The notes: generated by a model from the sequence alone, not told the origin. Positions 1-13,781 are shown, numbered from the stretch's first letter. The stretch: 64,000 bases of DNA from the human T2T-CHM13v2.0 reference genome, Homo sapiens (GCF_009914755.1 NC_060936.1), one strand, 5' to 3'. Numbers and translations: made by a program.

Positions 1-109
1 ATGCGAATGGTGTGTCTCTCCTTGTCGCTCTCAAAATATCTTCTTGTACCATACCGAGGGTAACTGAAACCATAGAAAATGACATAGCAGATAAGGGGAG
101 ACTACTGTA
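1..109 (-). mobile_element. End of a TcMar-Tigger MITE (MER44/Tigger7-like), cut by the window edge
   Basis: GGTAACTGAAACC...GATAAGGGGAGACTACTG followed by TA resembles the MER44-type terminal inverted repeat plus TA target site. Confidence 0.7.
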
Positions 110-2329
110 ATATCTTCAAATACCAGCAGAAACAAATCAAAGTCCTTTTGAAGTTGGTAATTATTAATTGAGTCTAACACAAATTTTCAGTTATTAGAAG
201 TCAGACTGGAGGCAACTTAGCAAACTTCTAGGCCTCCTAATTAGAGAAAAATACATTTAGACTTTGAGCTCCAATTTTATTATCACTTCTTTAAATTTTG
301 CCAACATAGGATGGCAGGGTTTGCTGGCAAATCCAATAAAAGCTCTCAGAGCCAATAGTCAATATGTAGATAGCATAGGGACACATTTTTGCTCTTCTTC
401 AATGACTCTGCTACCCTCTAGCTTTTCCATTTTCATCCTTCCAATCAGACACTTTCTTACAGCTGAGTGAATTGTCTTATACTATGGTTGTCATAAAGCA
501 GCAGATCTCCTTGTTTTCTTCTCATTATATATATATATATGTATATATGTATGTATGTATTTTAGAAAGCAGAATGTCATTCTGCATAGTTTCACAGTGC
601 CATTTTTACCCAGTTAACTTCAATGAACTCTGTGTCAATTCACCACAAAATGGGACCCATTTCCCTTCTTTAGAATACAGAAGTCTTTAATATACTTATA
701 TTTCTCTCTTCTATAAAACAACAAAACTTTTCTAAAGGATACACAAGTCTCCCATGCTAATTATTTTAGCAATTTGCCGGGATAGAAGGTAGATTTTATG
801 CTTCTATTTATTGATCTATTTTAACTGAACAAATCTTTGTATAAAATAATTCCTTTTTTAAACAGTCAAGTGAGATGTGAGGAAAGCATCTGCCTTTGAC
901 TCTAACTCAGGGCCACTTTAGGACCAGGTCTAAAGGGATGTATATAGAATGATTCATGATAAGACTAAAGATATGGAATTTGTCTCTTTTCCTAAGGTCC
1001 AAATGTCAAAGCTCAATCGAGATTCTTAAAGCAGTCTTCAGCCATAGGTTTCTAAAAAACAATGCTCTATATCCAATTCTCAGCAGATTAGACCTGCCCT
1101 AGCTAAATGCTAAATAAAAGCCAAGAACAGACTACATGAACAGGAGCCAGAGGGGATATGTTTTTCTGTAAAAGGGTCAAATACATGGTTCAAATCAAAG
1201 TCCCACGGCGTACTTGTTTCTTAGAAGAGGGAAGTATCTGTACTGAGCACTGTGGATTGTCCAGTGGGACTACAGCATGTTTTATCAGACCTCTATTATG
1301 TACAGGATTCACAGAAGGCTGGAAACATAATACATATAAACCACCCACATGGGTGCACGCACACACATTCACCTAATCATGTAACAATCTGCTTTCATTT
1401 GGCAAAAGCAAAACTATTCAATGGTAAAGACTGAATGACCTCTCAGGAGACAAGCTTTGGAACATCATTTATTAATATTACTGTGACATGCTCAAAAATT
1501 GCATGTCTTTTATACTCTATGGGAAATGTGATCAGATCATAGCAATAAGAAATGGGATTTTCCCTATCACGACTGCATGCTCATATTTTTCTTGTTTTAC
1601 TTTAGCTCTTAATTATATTTAACATTTGTTAATACATGTTCACAACTAGGTAAGGCCTATACCCTGCTGAGATATACTATATCTGCTCTTGCCTAGCAGG
1701 ATTTCTCCTGACATTTCAAGTAAACTATGTAGATGTATTTTCTACTTTTTAATTTTGGGGAAAATTATAGGAAGGCTAATGTATTGTGGTTTGATTCAAG
1801 ATATGAATAAAGAAAAAGTCTCCCAGAAAATGTCTTGGTTAAAAACATTAAAATGACTTATTGGTTGAAATTATGATTAGGAAGGGTTGAGCTCAGCTGT
1901 GATAAGTGCTTTTTAATAATTATTCTAATAAACTGCACTACCCTGGGAAGTATGGTAATTGGGTTGGAATATTATTTGTAGTCCTGATTAGCATTCTGGA
2001 AATAAATAAGGAGTCGTGAGCAAGGAGTGAAGCTATGGAGACACAAACAAGCTCTAGGACCACATAGCTAGAGAGTGAAAATGTGAGCAATAATCTACAA
2101 ATTTGCATACAAGACATCACACATAAAAATATTGCTATCTTGTTCTTCTCACTGATGGAGTGTAACATTGGTTCCAAAAATGAAAAGTCTGCTAAATTCC
2201 TCGTCTGAAATCAAGTAGATAAATCACTTATTTCACTTTCCTCCTGGCCACCTTGCTTGAACTGCAAGAGTTTCCCTTCATATTCTTGGTCATTCTGGGA
2301 CCTTTCTTAATTTGAGGCTACTGTCTAGA

Positions 2330-2641
2330 CTCCTCCTCTTCCTGGTGAGCTTCTGCCCTGATCATTTCACAGCCGCCTCCATTCTTCGTTCAAGTCTGGC
2401 ATCACTGTCATAGACACATGGTGGTTTTCCTTGGCCATACCGTCTAAGCATGCTTCCCCTGTCAGCTTCTGTGCCTCTTCTTTATTAGATTCATTAGCAC
2501 AATTCATAATCATATGCTTATCTATTTATTTATAGGCATACTCTCTTTTCCCATTCTAAGTTGCAAGCCTAATGACAGTCATTATATTAAAAATCCCAGT
2601 ATTTAGTAGGCGCTCCATAAACTGTTTGAGAGAATAAATGT
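2330..2641 (+). mobile_element. L2 3'-end relic
   Basis: Ends in TAGTAGGCGCTCCATAAACTGTTTGAGAGAATAAATG, a degenerate L2 3' terminus. Confidence 0.55.
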
Positions 2642-2861
2642 GGAAGAATGTAAATTATGAAAAATTTCAGAGATTATGAGATTCTCATTTATCAACTTCA
2701 AGATTTTTGGTAGTTTTCAGAAATTTTGTGGGGTTTTTTGCTCCTTGATTGGCAACTTTATGTGTATGTATATGTGTGTATTCATATATGTGTTTATACA
2801 TATATATGTGTATGTATATGTGTGTGTTATTTATATATGTTTCACACACACACACACACAC

Positions 2862-4108
2862 AACCCATATCTCTCACTATATACAAAAATAAACCCAAAA
2901 TGGATTAAAGACTTAAATGTAAGCCCCAAAACTAAAAAAGTCCTACAAGACAACCAGGAAAAACTCTTCTGGACATTAGACTAGGCAAATAATTTGTGAC
3001 TAAGTCCTCATAAGCAAATATAACGAAACAAAAATATACAAATGGGATTTAATTAAACTAAAAAGCTTCTGCACAGCAAAATAAATGATTAACAGAGTAA
3101 ACAGACAAACTACAGAATGGGAGAAAATATCTGCCAACTATGCATGTGACAAAGAGCTAATAGCCAGAATCTACAAGGAACTCAACAACTCAACAGGAAA
3201 AAAAACAAAAACAATTAACCCCGTTCAAAAGTGGGCAAAGGACAAGAAAAAAAAACGAAAACAATTAATCCCGTTCAAAAGTGGGCAAAGGACATGAACA
3301 GACATTTTCCAAAAGAAGACATACAAACGTCCAACAAACATGTTGAAAAATGCCACCATCACTGGTCATCAAAGAAACGCAAATTAAAACCACAATGAAA
3401 TAACCATCTTACACCAGTCAGAATGGCTATTATTAAAAAGTCAAAAAATAACATATATAGGCAAGGATGCAGAAAAAAGGAAATGTTTATGCACTGTTGG
3501 TGGGAATGTAAATTAGTGCAACCTCTATGGAAAACACTATGGAGATTTCCCAAAGAACTAAAAATAGAACCATCATTATACACAGCAATCCCACTGCTAG
3601 GTATGTACCCAAAGGAAAGGAAATCATCATACCAAAAAGATAACTGTACCCATATGTTTATTGCAGCACTATTCACAATAGCAAAGATGGAATCAACCTA
3701 ACTGTCTATCAACAGATGATTGGATAAAGAAACATTTTACATATTTTTACCGTGGAATAGTTCTCAGCAATGAAAAGGATAAAATCATGTCTTTGAGACA
3801 TGAATGAAACTAGAGACCATTATCCTAAGTGAAATAACTTTAGGAAACAGAAAGTCAAATACTGCATGTTCTCACTTACAAGTGTGAGCTAAACAACGTG
3901 TGCACATGGACATAGAGGGAAAAATAATATACACTGGAGACTCAGAAGGGTAGGAGGAGGGTGAGGGATGGGAAATGTCATAATGGGTACAATGTACACT
4001 ATTTGGGTTATGGGTACACTAAAAGCCCAGACGTCATCACAATAGAATATATTAATGTAACAAAATTGAACTTCTACTATTTAATTTATGAAAATTAAAA
4101 AGAAAAAC
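2862..4108 (+). mobile_element. 5'-truncated L1 (L1PB/L1MA-type): ORF2 C-terminus and 3'UTR
   Basis: ORF2 remnants (YTKINPKWIKDLNV; [15 protein letters not shown]; CTHMFIAALFTIAK), 3'UTR motif GGGTACACTAAAAGCCCAGAC, A-rich end. Confidence 0.92.
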
Positions 4109-6665
4109 ACCTGCACACACACACATATATAATCAACGCTAAGGGTACACTAGTAAAACTCATAATCATGTCTTTCTAAGCACTATGGAACAGCAAACAT
4201 TTGTGAAAAAAATACCTGCCACAACACAGGAAAAAAAGTGTGCCAAAAGGAAAGAAAGAAAGATAGTTAGGATTTATCACTCCAATCACTTTGAAATAAG
4301 AGGAAAGAGGAGTACACTTCTCCCTGACCTGCATGTTTTACTTTTTGAAAATTCCACCCATCACAGCTGTGATCCAACACAGAGCAGGAAATACGATCAA
4401 CCAAATTTAATTTTCTCTGTTTTGAAGTGGAACAAGAGAAGGAAGGAGAGGTGAGAAACAACATTCTTCCTAGAGTATGTCTAGCAACCCTCTTGAACTT
4501 GAGGAAATGTAGATGAATAACTGTTTATGCTAAATCATGTATCTATTTGTTCATTCTATTTTCAAATCCAGTTATCCTGCCATCATAATACAACCATGGT
4601 ATGACTATAGAAAAGGTGGTTGGAGTCCAAATGGATACAAAATTCTCAACGTAAAAATGATTTAGAATAATTACAGCAAAATTTTTATTAGAAAGAAGAT
4701 AAGGTGGCTATTGGAAGGATGTTTTTGTGTATACTGCAATAAAAGAAGGTAGAATAATGCACTTGTTACCTTGAAGTCCTTGGTGATTCATGTTTGAGGA
4801 TTTGGCAGGCAAGGAAGGTCAGCTCTCAGACTACTAGATTCCACAGAAATAAATACTAGAGGTGTCAAATAATATTGTTTCCTGTTTTGGAGCCCTCCAT
4901 AGAACAGGAAGTCTCTACTTACAGATGTTCCATGCCTGAGGATAACTGGAAACTTTGCAGAGCTTGGCATTGTGCAGCAAAACTTTTGAAATACTTTTTA
5001 AAAATCTAGATATTGAGGCATTATTTAACTAAAATCTCTCACCTTTATAGAAATAATGTTTATAGAAGATTTTCTTGATGAAACCCATAAATTCAGAATA
5101 TCTTTCTGCCATTAAAAGGTGTCTGGAATCTCAGAAACTTTAAAAGTTGTAAAGTTTGCACATCCCAGTTATATAGGATATGCTTTTGATTTTTTTGTGT
5201 GTGCAAGTTTAATCTGTCACTTCGCTGTCCTTTATGTTTTATAATGTAAGCCTAAGTTACAATTTCCTTATGCTTCTGCCTTTTTGTCTTTTATGGTAAA
5301 TGCTTCATAATTCTTTGTAAAAACCCTATCATTTCACTTGTCCATATAAACCGTTTGCTCAGAAAAATTTATTTGCCTGAGAGCCCACATCACTGTTGAA
5401 AAATTTTGCTTGTCTCTCCCTTGTAGTTAAAGATAAACCTCTGTGCTTCTCAGAAAACAAGCTGCTGAAATCCTAGCTTGTAAGTCAAATAATAAGACAC
5501 AATGACTTTCTGACCTGAATGATAATTTCAGCACACCTAATTAGATCAAGTACATAGCATCTTGGATAATTGAAATGAAACTTCAAATGATAAGCAGTTG
5601 AATTTCAGCAAAATTTTGAAGAAAATTATATAAATTTTTCTATAAAGAAGAGAACTAAATTCCATCTTTAAATAGTCTGCTTTTATAGCAACATAGGATT
5701 AGGGTGAGATAGTGAATGAAAAAGCAAAAATAAGTGATGGTGCTAGTTTTAAAAGTCAGCATGTTATTGGAATATACAAACAGTTGTATAATTTCTAGAA
5801 GCCACAACATAATTTTTTCTAGAAATAAAAGTGACCTCTTGGCTACTGGGCTGGCCTTTCTGGAGGCAAAAACTGGAAGACTTTAAGAATCTGTTTTCTT
5901 TTGTTTGTTTAAAAACATGATGCTATTTTATAACTGAATTTGTAATTGCTCAAGAAGTTAAAAATAAAAATAGATTATTTCTGTTAAAGAAACATATGTT
6001 GGATTATACAGAAATTTTCAGACCTGAAATTGAAAAAGTACACAACACAGATTATCTATTGACAATGGAGAACCTGATATCGAGGATTTTGCTAAGAGTG
6101 GTTGGTTGCCATGGCAGTAAGAAATAAATGCAGATACTAATGGGGATGAATATACCCTGTAGTGGTATCAGATAGGATCAAAATGGCAGGAAAAAGTTTC
6201 ATTTCCCTTCTAATTTGGAAAAAAAAAATGATGAGTGACTTTAACTGAGACAAATCAGATTCCAACAGAAACAAAGGCAAAATAGTCAATGCATAACTTC
6301 AGGTTTATAGAGAGTGATTACAGTCAGATCTGGATGAGAGACTGCTATCTCAAGCTACTAGTGATGTGCTACCTGACAGCCACCATCCAGGGAAGTTGGG
6401 GAGCAAGGCAAGGGCTAAACAGTTGGATCTAAGGTTTGCTATGTCCCTGGATTTAATACGAAAGATGGTCTAATACATGACTTTTGTATCTAATGGGAAC
6501 AAAAATAAAATACATATGTGTGTTTTTAACTTTTTTAAAGGTCTTGTTTTTTAATTCTAGGATACGAGTGTATAAAAGATAAATCAATAACTTTTTGAGA
6601 AAAAAGTTATATTTTACTTTTAAGACATAATGTACACCTCTTGCTTAAGAAACAATAAAATCTGA

Positions 6666-6998
<333 letters not shown>

Positions 6999-7499
6999 AA
7001 AAGCTATGATTTATTACATGTTATGACTCATAACACCATCTACTGCAAAATATAAATTGTAATGTAGATTATATTAATAAGCTTTACACATCATATTTAA
7101 CTTTTATTTTTTCTTCAAATTTATGAACTATGTTCGAAAAAACATCCTACTATTTCTCTTCACAGAATCATTCCTTTCCGTTCCCCACTACTCCTTCCTC
7201 TTGATTTCCACCACACCTCTGTTACTATGCCCAAGAACAAGTGTGAGAAATATGTGTTCCCTCAAGAATGCCTGGCCTCCTCCACTTTATGAAGACAGAA
7301 TGTGATTCTTTCTGGGGCAGCTTGTACTGTCCAGAACACATTTCCCCATAAAGAGTTTGTCTTTGCTTTCCCAAAACCCTATGTTCAAATAAGAAAGGGG
7401 GTGATCTTTTTGTTTTCACATGGGCATACAACAAACAAGACAGTGACTAATAAAAGGTTTTTCCTCTCCTTTTTGATTTTCTGGAAAAGTTTATGTAGG

Positions 7500-9130
7500 A
7501 TTATTCCTTAAATACTTGGTAGAAATCACTGGCGAAGCTATATAGGCCTGAGGGTTTTCTTTGTGGGAAGGTTTTTAACCATTAACCTAATTTATTTAAG
7601 AGATATAGTGTTATATAGGTTATCTATTTCTTCTTGAAAGACCATTGGCACTTTGTGCTTTCAAAGATTGTATTCTCATGGGAGAAAAATGCAGTCAGAT
7701 AAAAGGAGTAAGTTCCAGCATTCAATAATACATAGGATGACTATAGTTAATAATTTATTGTATATTTCAAAGTAGCTAGAAGGGAAGATTTGAAATGTTT
7801 CCAACACAAAGAAATGATAAACGTTTGAGATGACGGATATCCTAAATACCATGATTTAATCATCACACATGTATCAAAATATCACACGTACCCACAAATA
7901 TCTACAATTATTATGCATCAGTAAAAAAGAAGTAAAAGGAAACACAAACATGGTTTAACTTGGAGTGATAAGGTAATGAGCAATTTATTTTTCTTTTGTT
8001 TTGAATTCTGCGGAAGGACTTTCAAAGTTGTGCAATAAGAAATGGTGAAACCCTCTCAAAAATATTATGTCTGTTTTTCTAACTTGTCAAACTTATTGGC
8101 ATAAAGTTGATGAAAATATTTCCCTGTTATCCTTTTAATGTATATAAGAATTGTAGGAATAGCCCTCTTACATTTCTGGTAATACAATTTATATCTTTTC
8201 CCTTTTTTCCTGATAGTCCGGCTAAAGGTATATCAATGTTATTTTTTAAAAAATTTAATTGTTTAATTTTAACTTTATTTTTGTTATTTTCTGTTTTCTA
8301 TTTTGTTGCTTTTTAATTTAGGTTTCATTTGTCTTACTTCTTCTAGCTTCCATACATTGAAACTTAGATTATTAAACTTAAGACTGTTTGAAAGTTAGAT
8401 TATTAAATTTAGCATGTCCATATTTTCGGACACAAATATTTATTGCAATAACTTTTTCTTAAAGTACTGTTTTAACTGCATTAAATACATTTTGATATTT
8501 ATGTCTTAATTTATTCAATTCAAACTACTTTCTAATTTACCTTGTGATTTTTAAATTTGACCCATAGTTAATTTATAAGTCATTTGTTTAGTTTCCAAAG
8601 ACTTTGGAGTTTTACAGTTATTTTTACAAGTTTTCAATTCCATGTTTAATTCTATGTGGTGAAAGGACTTAGTAGTTCTAATTTCAATCCTTTTAAATTT
8701 ATTGAGTTTATGGTTCAGAATCTAGTATATATTAGTGAATATTTGTGTGCACTTGGAAAAATGTATATTCTGCTGTTTTAGATCTAATGTCCAATAAATG
8801 TCAGGCAATGTTGAAGAAGTCTTATTCAAGACTTCTATATGCTTACTGATTATTTTGCTTTCTTTCTTTAATTAATGAAGCTTTCGTAATCTCTAACTAT
8901 AATTGATTGTGAATTTGTCCATTTGTCCTTCCTGCATTATCAGTTTTCTCTTCTTGTATTTTGTAGCTCCATTATTTGATGTTGTATGTCCTCTTGATTA
9001 ATTGACACATACATCATTGTAACATGTTCCTCTTTATCACTGGTAATATTTCTTGTTTCAAAATCTACTTGGTTTGACATTAATATAGCTACTGATGCTG
9101 CTTTTTAATTGGACTAGCACTGTATATGTT
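7500..9130 (-). mobile_element. Old L1M ORF2 fragments, interrupted by an L1MA 3' end
   Basis: Antisense L1M motifs such as GGCCTGAGGGTTTTCTTTGTGGGAAGGTTTT and ATGTATATTCTGCTGTT, with T-rich strand bias. Confidence 0.7.
7690..7935 (+). mobile_element. L1MA 3' end
   Basis: GACTATAGTTAATAATTTATTGTATATTTCAAAGTAGCTAGAAG...CAACACAAAGAAATGATAAA, followed by an A-tail. Confidence 0.85.
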
Positions 9131-9139
9131 TTTCTCATA

Positions 9140-9780
9140 TAGTCTGTGTGTCCTACTGAGGTCTTCCCCACATTCATAGGGGCCAGATAGCCATGCCAAC
9201 TTGGAGTCCTTGGGATGCTTGCAGGAGACCTGGACTTAGGGCACCCTCTAGTGCTGAAATGGCTGCAGTTGTCAGGGGTTAGGGAACCCAAGTCAGTTTA
9301 CTTAGAACTTCTGAACTGTCCTACTGAAGAAAGACAAAAGCAAACAAAGCCAGACTCTGAAGAATAAATACATATATAATTCTTCAATGCACGAAAATCA
9401 ACTGTCATACACAAACATCAAGAATAAATAAATAGGGAAATATGACATCACCAAAAAGACAAGATAAGGTGCCAATAAATAACTTTAATGGGATAAAGGC
9501 ATGTGATCTGTCAAAGAATCCCATTAGCTACTTAAGGAAGTTCAGGTATCTTAAAGAAAACACAAAAAAGTAATTTCACAAATGTATCAGGGAAATTTAA
9601 CAGAAAGGTTAAAATGATTTAAAAAATCAAATGGAAATCCTAGAAATGAAAAATACAAAGAACAAAATAAAAAATGCAATAGAAAGCATCAACAGCAAAA
9701 CTGGTAAAACAGAAGAATCTATAAACTTGAAGACAGATTATTTGAAAATATATAATCAGAGTAGCAAAGAAAAGAAATAT
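9140..9780 (+). mobile_element. L1M 5'UTR end and ORF1 fragment (sense)
   Basis: CAAACAAAGCCAGACT, AATGCAATAGAAAGCATCAACAGC and CTTGAAGACAG are old L1 ORF1 motifs. Confidence 0.75.
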
Positions 9781-9789
9781 TAAAACTGT

Positions 9790-11930
9790 TGACCGTTCGA
9801 CTATAATCTGCCTTGAACAAGATCTTTTGGAACTGAATCTATTTGGAGTTTTGTTTTTACTTTTTTTTTTTTTTTGAGCTTTCTGTATCCATTTTCTATA
9901 TCTCTTGCAAGACTTGTAAAATGTTTAGCTATTATTTGATTAAATAAAGTTTCTATGCTTTTGCCCTTCTCTTCTCCTTCTGGAACACCCCAAATTCATA
10001 TATTTGGTACCTTTATAGTATTCCATATCTCATGTAGATTTTACTCTTTCCTATTCTTTTCTTTTTTTAGTCTAAGTTATTTCAAAAGATCTGTCTTCAA
10101 GTTCAGAAATTATTTCTTCTGCTTCATCTAGTCTAGTTTTGATGTTCTCATTTGCACTTTTTATTGCATTCCTTGAGTTATTCAGTTCCAGTGGTCCTTT
10201 CTTATGGTATATATCTCTTTTTTGAGTTTCTCACTTAGTTTGTAAATTGTTTTTCTGATTTCTCTGTATTATTATCTGTGTTCTCTTGTATCTCACTAAG
10301 TTTCTTTAAAAAATCATTGTTTCAGTTTCTTTTGCAGGCCTTTTATAGATTTCTTTTTCATAGGTATCTCTTGCTGGAGAATTATTGTGTTTCTTTAGAG
10401 TTGTTATGTTTCCTTGCTTTTTTATGTTTCTTGTGTCCTTCCATTGATATTTGGGCATCAGGTATAACAGTCACTCTTTCCAATGCTATGCATTGGCTTT
10501 TGTAGAAGACTTTTTCTATGGGTTCATTTATAGTGTAAGTTGCTTAAAGTGCTTTCCCTTTGAATCTGAGTGTGCACAGTAGTGTAATCTCTGTGTAATT
10601 TCCTCAACTATAATCTGCATCAGTAGTGTTTATGAGTTTCTCAGTGGTTTAGGCTATGCTTATTAGTGGAAGCTGAAATTGAGGCATTGCTGAAGGCAGG
10701 AACATCAGGGGGGCTTGTCTTCAGGTGTTGGTGGGCCTGGCATGCCAATCCTTGGACACTCAAATGTTATATATGGGCACTGGTGGTAGTAGTTCTGGGC
10801 AGGCCAATCCTTGTGCCTTCAGACAGCTTGCTAAATTTCTGGCAGTGGCAGCAGTGGACTGGGCATGCAGGCAGGTCTTCAGGACCCTGGGCGGTGTGCA
10901 TGGTGTTCAGAAAGACAGCAGCAGCATCACGCCAATCCTTGGGCCTCCAGGTAGCATGTGTGGACATCAGAGGTGGAAGTAGCAGACTGTGCACTGCAAT
11001 CCCCAGGCTCCCAAGTGGTACCTGTAAGTGGGCACCAGCAGCATTAGTGGCAGAAAGTTGGGCAGGCCTGTTCATGTACCTAGAAGGTGTGCATGTGCCC
11101 TGGTGGGTGGGGTGGACTGACCTCAAGGCCTTTGTATCATGTGCATGTGGGCAAACAGGCTGAGTGGGCCCATCCTTAGGTCCCCACAAGGTGTGCACAA
11201 GCAGCAATGTCAGTGGGAGAGATGGGTCTATCCATAGGATTCAGGAAAACATGCACAGGTCCCGGGAGTGGCAGTGCCAGGCTGGATGGGTCTGTCCTCA
11301 GGCCCCCCAGTGGGGTACAGGGGCAGAGGCTACAGTGGGTGAGGTGGTCCACTCCAGGCCCCCAGATAGCCCTATCCAGACCCCTAGATGGCCCATCTGG
11401 GAACCAACAGTGGTGGGCAAAATGGGCCTCTCCTCATGTCCCTGGATCTCACTCAGGCACTGATGGTGGGTTGGATGACCTTGTTTTCAGGTCCCCCTAC
11501 TGTGATCATGGGCACTAGCAAAATCAGGTGTAGTGAGTTGATCCCACAGGCCTGGATGATGTGCATGGCCACTGGCAGTTGCAATGAGCAGATGGGCCAC
11601 TCCTTAGGTTATCCCTATGGTGTCCAAGAGCACCAGCTGTGGCTGGTGGATTGGGTTGATTCCCAGGTTCCTGGACAGCATGCTGGGGCAGCAGGGGCAG
11701 CAGTGGGCAGGGCACACCTGTCCTAAGGTTTCAGAATGGCAACTGTGTGGACCCACCTCATTCCCCCTAAAAGTGCATGGCAGGTGCATAGAAGGTCTGC
11801 TACTGGAGGGGGCAGGGTTGCTGTCAGTGGCAGCAGCCCCAGGCAGGTGGCTCTCAAGATCTGGGGAGCACACACTTTTGCTCCCTTTGTCCTGGGGGCG
11901 GCTTCCCCAATGCACTGCACCATCCATTCA
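9790..11930 (-). mobile_element. L1M ORF1 plus GC-rich monomer-repeat 5'UTR (antisense)
   Basis: Antisense ORF1 motifs (CTGTCTTCAAGTTCAGAAATT, TTCTCCTTCTGGAACACC), then a GC-rich degenerate tandem region at about 10640-11930. Confidence 0.75.
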
Positions 11931-12084
11931 TCAAAGTGCCTATTTAGTTTGCCTATTGAGCAATCCAGCACATATCTCTCTTTATATGTTCTTCATTTTA
12001 TTACATGTTGTCCTTTACTGTCCACTAAGAATTAAAGAGATATTTAGAAAGGCTAAGTGCTAGATAGATTGATAGAGAGATACT

Positions 12085-12250
12085 GCTTCATTTAATTTCA
12101 TTTTGAAAATAATACTGTAAGGAAAATACTATCCGCATTTTAAGTTTGAAGAAAAAGACTCAGAGCATAAGTAAATTTTATTTTATAAGTGAAGCTTTGA
12201 TTTTATTTTATCTGGCTGACTGCAATGCTATTTCTCTTCTATACATTGCA
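12085..12250 (-). mobile_element. MIR relic
   Basis: ATCCGCATTTTAAGTTTGAAGAAAAAGACTCAGAG resembles the antisense MIR core. Confidence 0.5.
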
Positions 12251-12929
12251 TCAACATGGATTAAATTGGGAATAGCCTCTTATAGTCCCTTATAACCACA
12301 GCAGAGATACAATAACTGAGTAGCACATAGAATAAATTGAAAGTGAATTGGCAAATTGACAGGCATCATATTTAATTTTCTATGGCATTTTATATACAAA
12401 CTTAAAAGAAAGGGCCTTCTTGAAGGAAGGCACTTTTCTTTATACATTATTGTTTGTCTCGCTCCCTTTCTCAATCCTAATCTCATTTGTAGTATCCATA
12501 ATATTCAGAGTATAATTGTTAAATGAATGAATGTTTAATATTTTTGTTATGTTTTTCTTAAAAAATTGCTTAATTCTCTTCTTTATAAAGTATTTGTAGA
12601 TGTAAAAACAGATGCACATGCACATACATGACCACGTTTTGCTCTCACAAATGAATAAAAGTTTATTCAACGTATGAGTTGAGGGCAAATGCTTTGCTTA
12701 AATCTATTCATCTGGTTATAATAAGAACAGATTATAGAGCCAGATGACCTTTTTTATCATGCTCTATACATATACTTTTACTACTGTAAACCATGGACAA
12801 ATTTCTTTAAAATGTTTTAAAAACTTGGATATATAATTTAAATCAAAATTATTAACCTAGCAATTAATACAATGGCTAGAATTTTATTAACTCTTCATTT
12901 TAATGAACTCAGATACATATGTGTAGTTT

Positions 12930-13446
12930 TATATGCATATATATACACATGTGTATATGTACACATGTGTATATATGTATGTGTACACATGTGTATATAT
13001 GTATATGCACACACATACACACGTATATATGTACACATATGTATATATACACGTATATACGTACACATATGTATATATGCATGTATATATGTATATGTAC
13101 ACATATGTATATATGCACGTATATATGCATATGTGCACATATGTATATATACACATATATGCATATGTACACATATGTATATATACACATATATGCATAT
13201 GTACACATATGTATATGTACACATATGTATATGTACATATATGTATATAGGTACATATACACATGTATATGTATGCATGTATACAGGTGTGCATATATGT
13301 GTATATATACATATAAACACACATATATTTATATGTATACACACATATATGTATATATATGCACACATATGTACTTATGTATGTGTATACAAATGTGTAT
13401 ATATGTATAGAAACACATAGGTACATATATGTATATATACATATGC
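12930..13446. repeat. Compound (TA/CA/TG)n alternating purine-pyrimidine minisatellite
   Basis: Recurrent GTACACATATGTATAT units; strict R/Y alternation from 12930 to 13249. Confidence 0.97.
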
Positions 13447-13641
13447 TCTATTTTATCAACTAATGTTACAATAACTTAAAAGTTAAATGCAAATAACCAC
13501 AGACTCTAAAATGGGGGAAAGCATATTTGCAAAGAGGACTCACTGACTCCTTCTTTTCAAACCAATGGAGAGACTTTAAAGTCTAAATGTGCTGGAATTT
13601 TTTTGAAATGGATTCTAGGCTGATATTCAGTTTTTTTTCAA

Positions 13642-13781
13642 TTTACATTATATTTTACATTAATCTTACACTTACATTAATGTAAATTATTGTACATTAA
13701 TTTTACATTAATCTTACATTAATCTTATTTACATTAATCTCACTTACATTAATCTTTTACATTAATCATTTTACATTATTC
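13642..13781. repeat. Degenerate (TTACATTAATC)n tandem repeat
   Basis: Ten copies of TACATTA counted in about 140 bp. Confidence 0.9.

Noticed and set aside
9238-9258. CTCF-like motif (reverse complement GCACTAGAGGGTGC)
   Set aside because: Mismatch at a core position, inside an L1 relic; not supportable without ChIP data.
10666-12063. Cluster of 80-165 aa overlapping ORFs on both strands
   Set aside because: They lie in a GC-rich degenerate L1M 5'UTR where stop codons are rare; no recognisable protein.
12872-13426. Six-frame ORFs up to 182 aa rich in Y/I/C/V/H/M
   Set aside because: Artefact of the alternating R/Y repeat, which cannot contain stop codons.
13642-13781. CRISPR-like appearance of short repeats
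   Set aside because: Human DNA; units are ~11 bp with no unique spacers and no cas genes.
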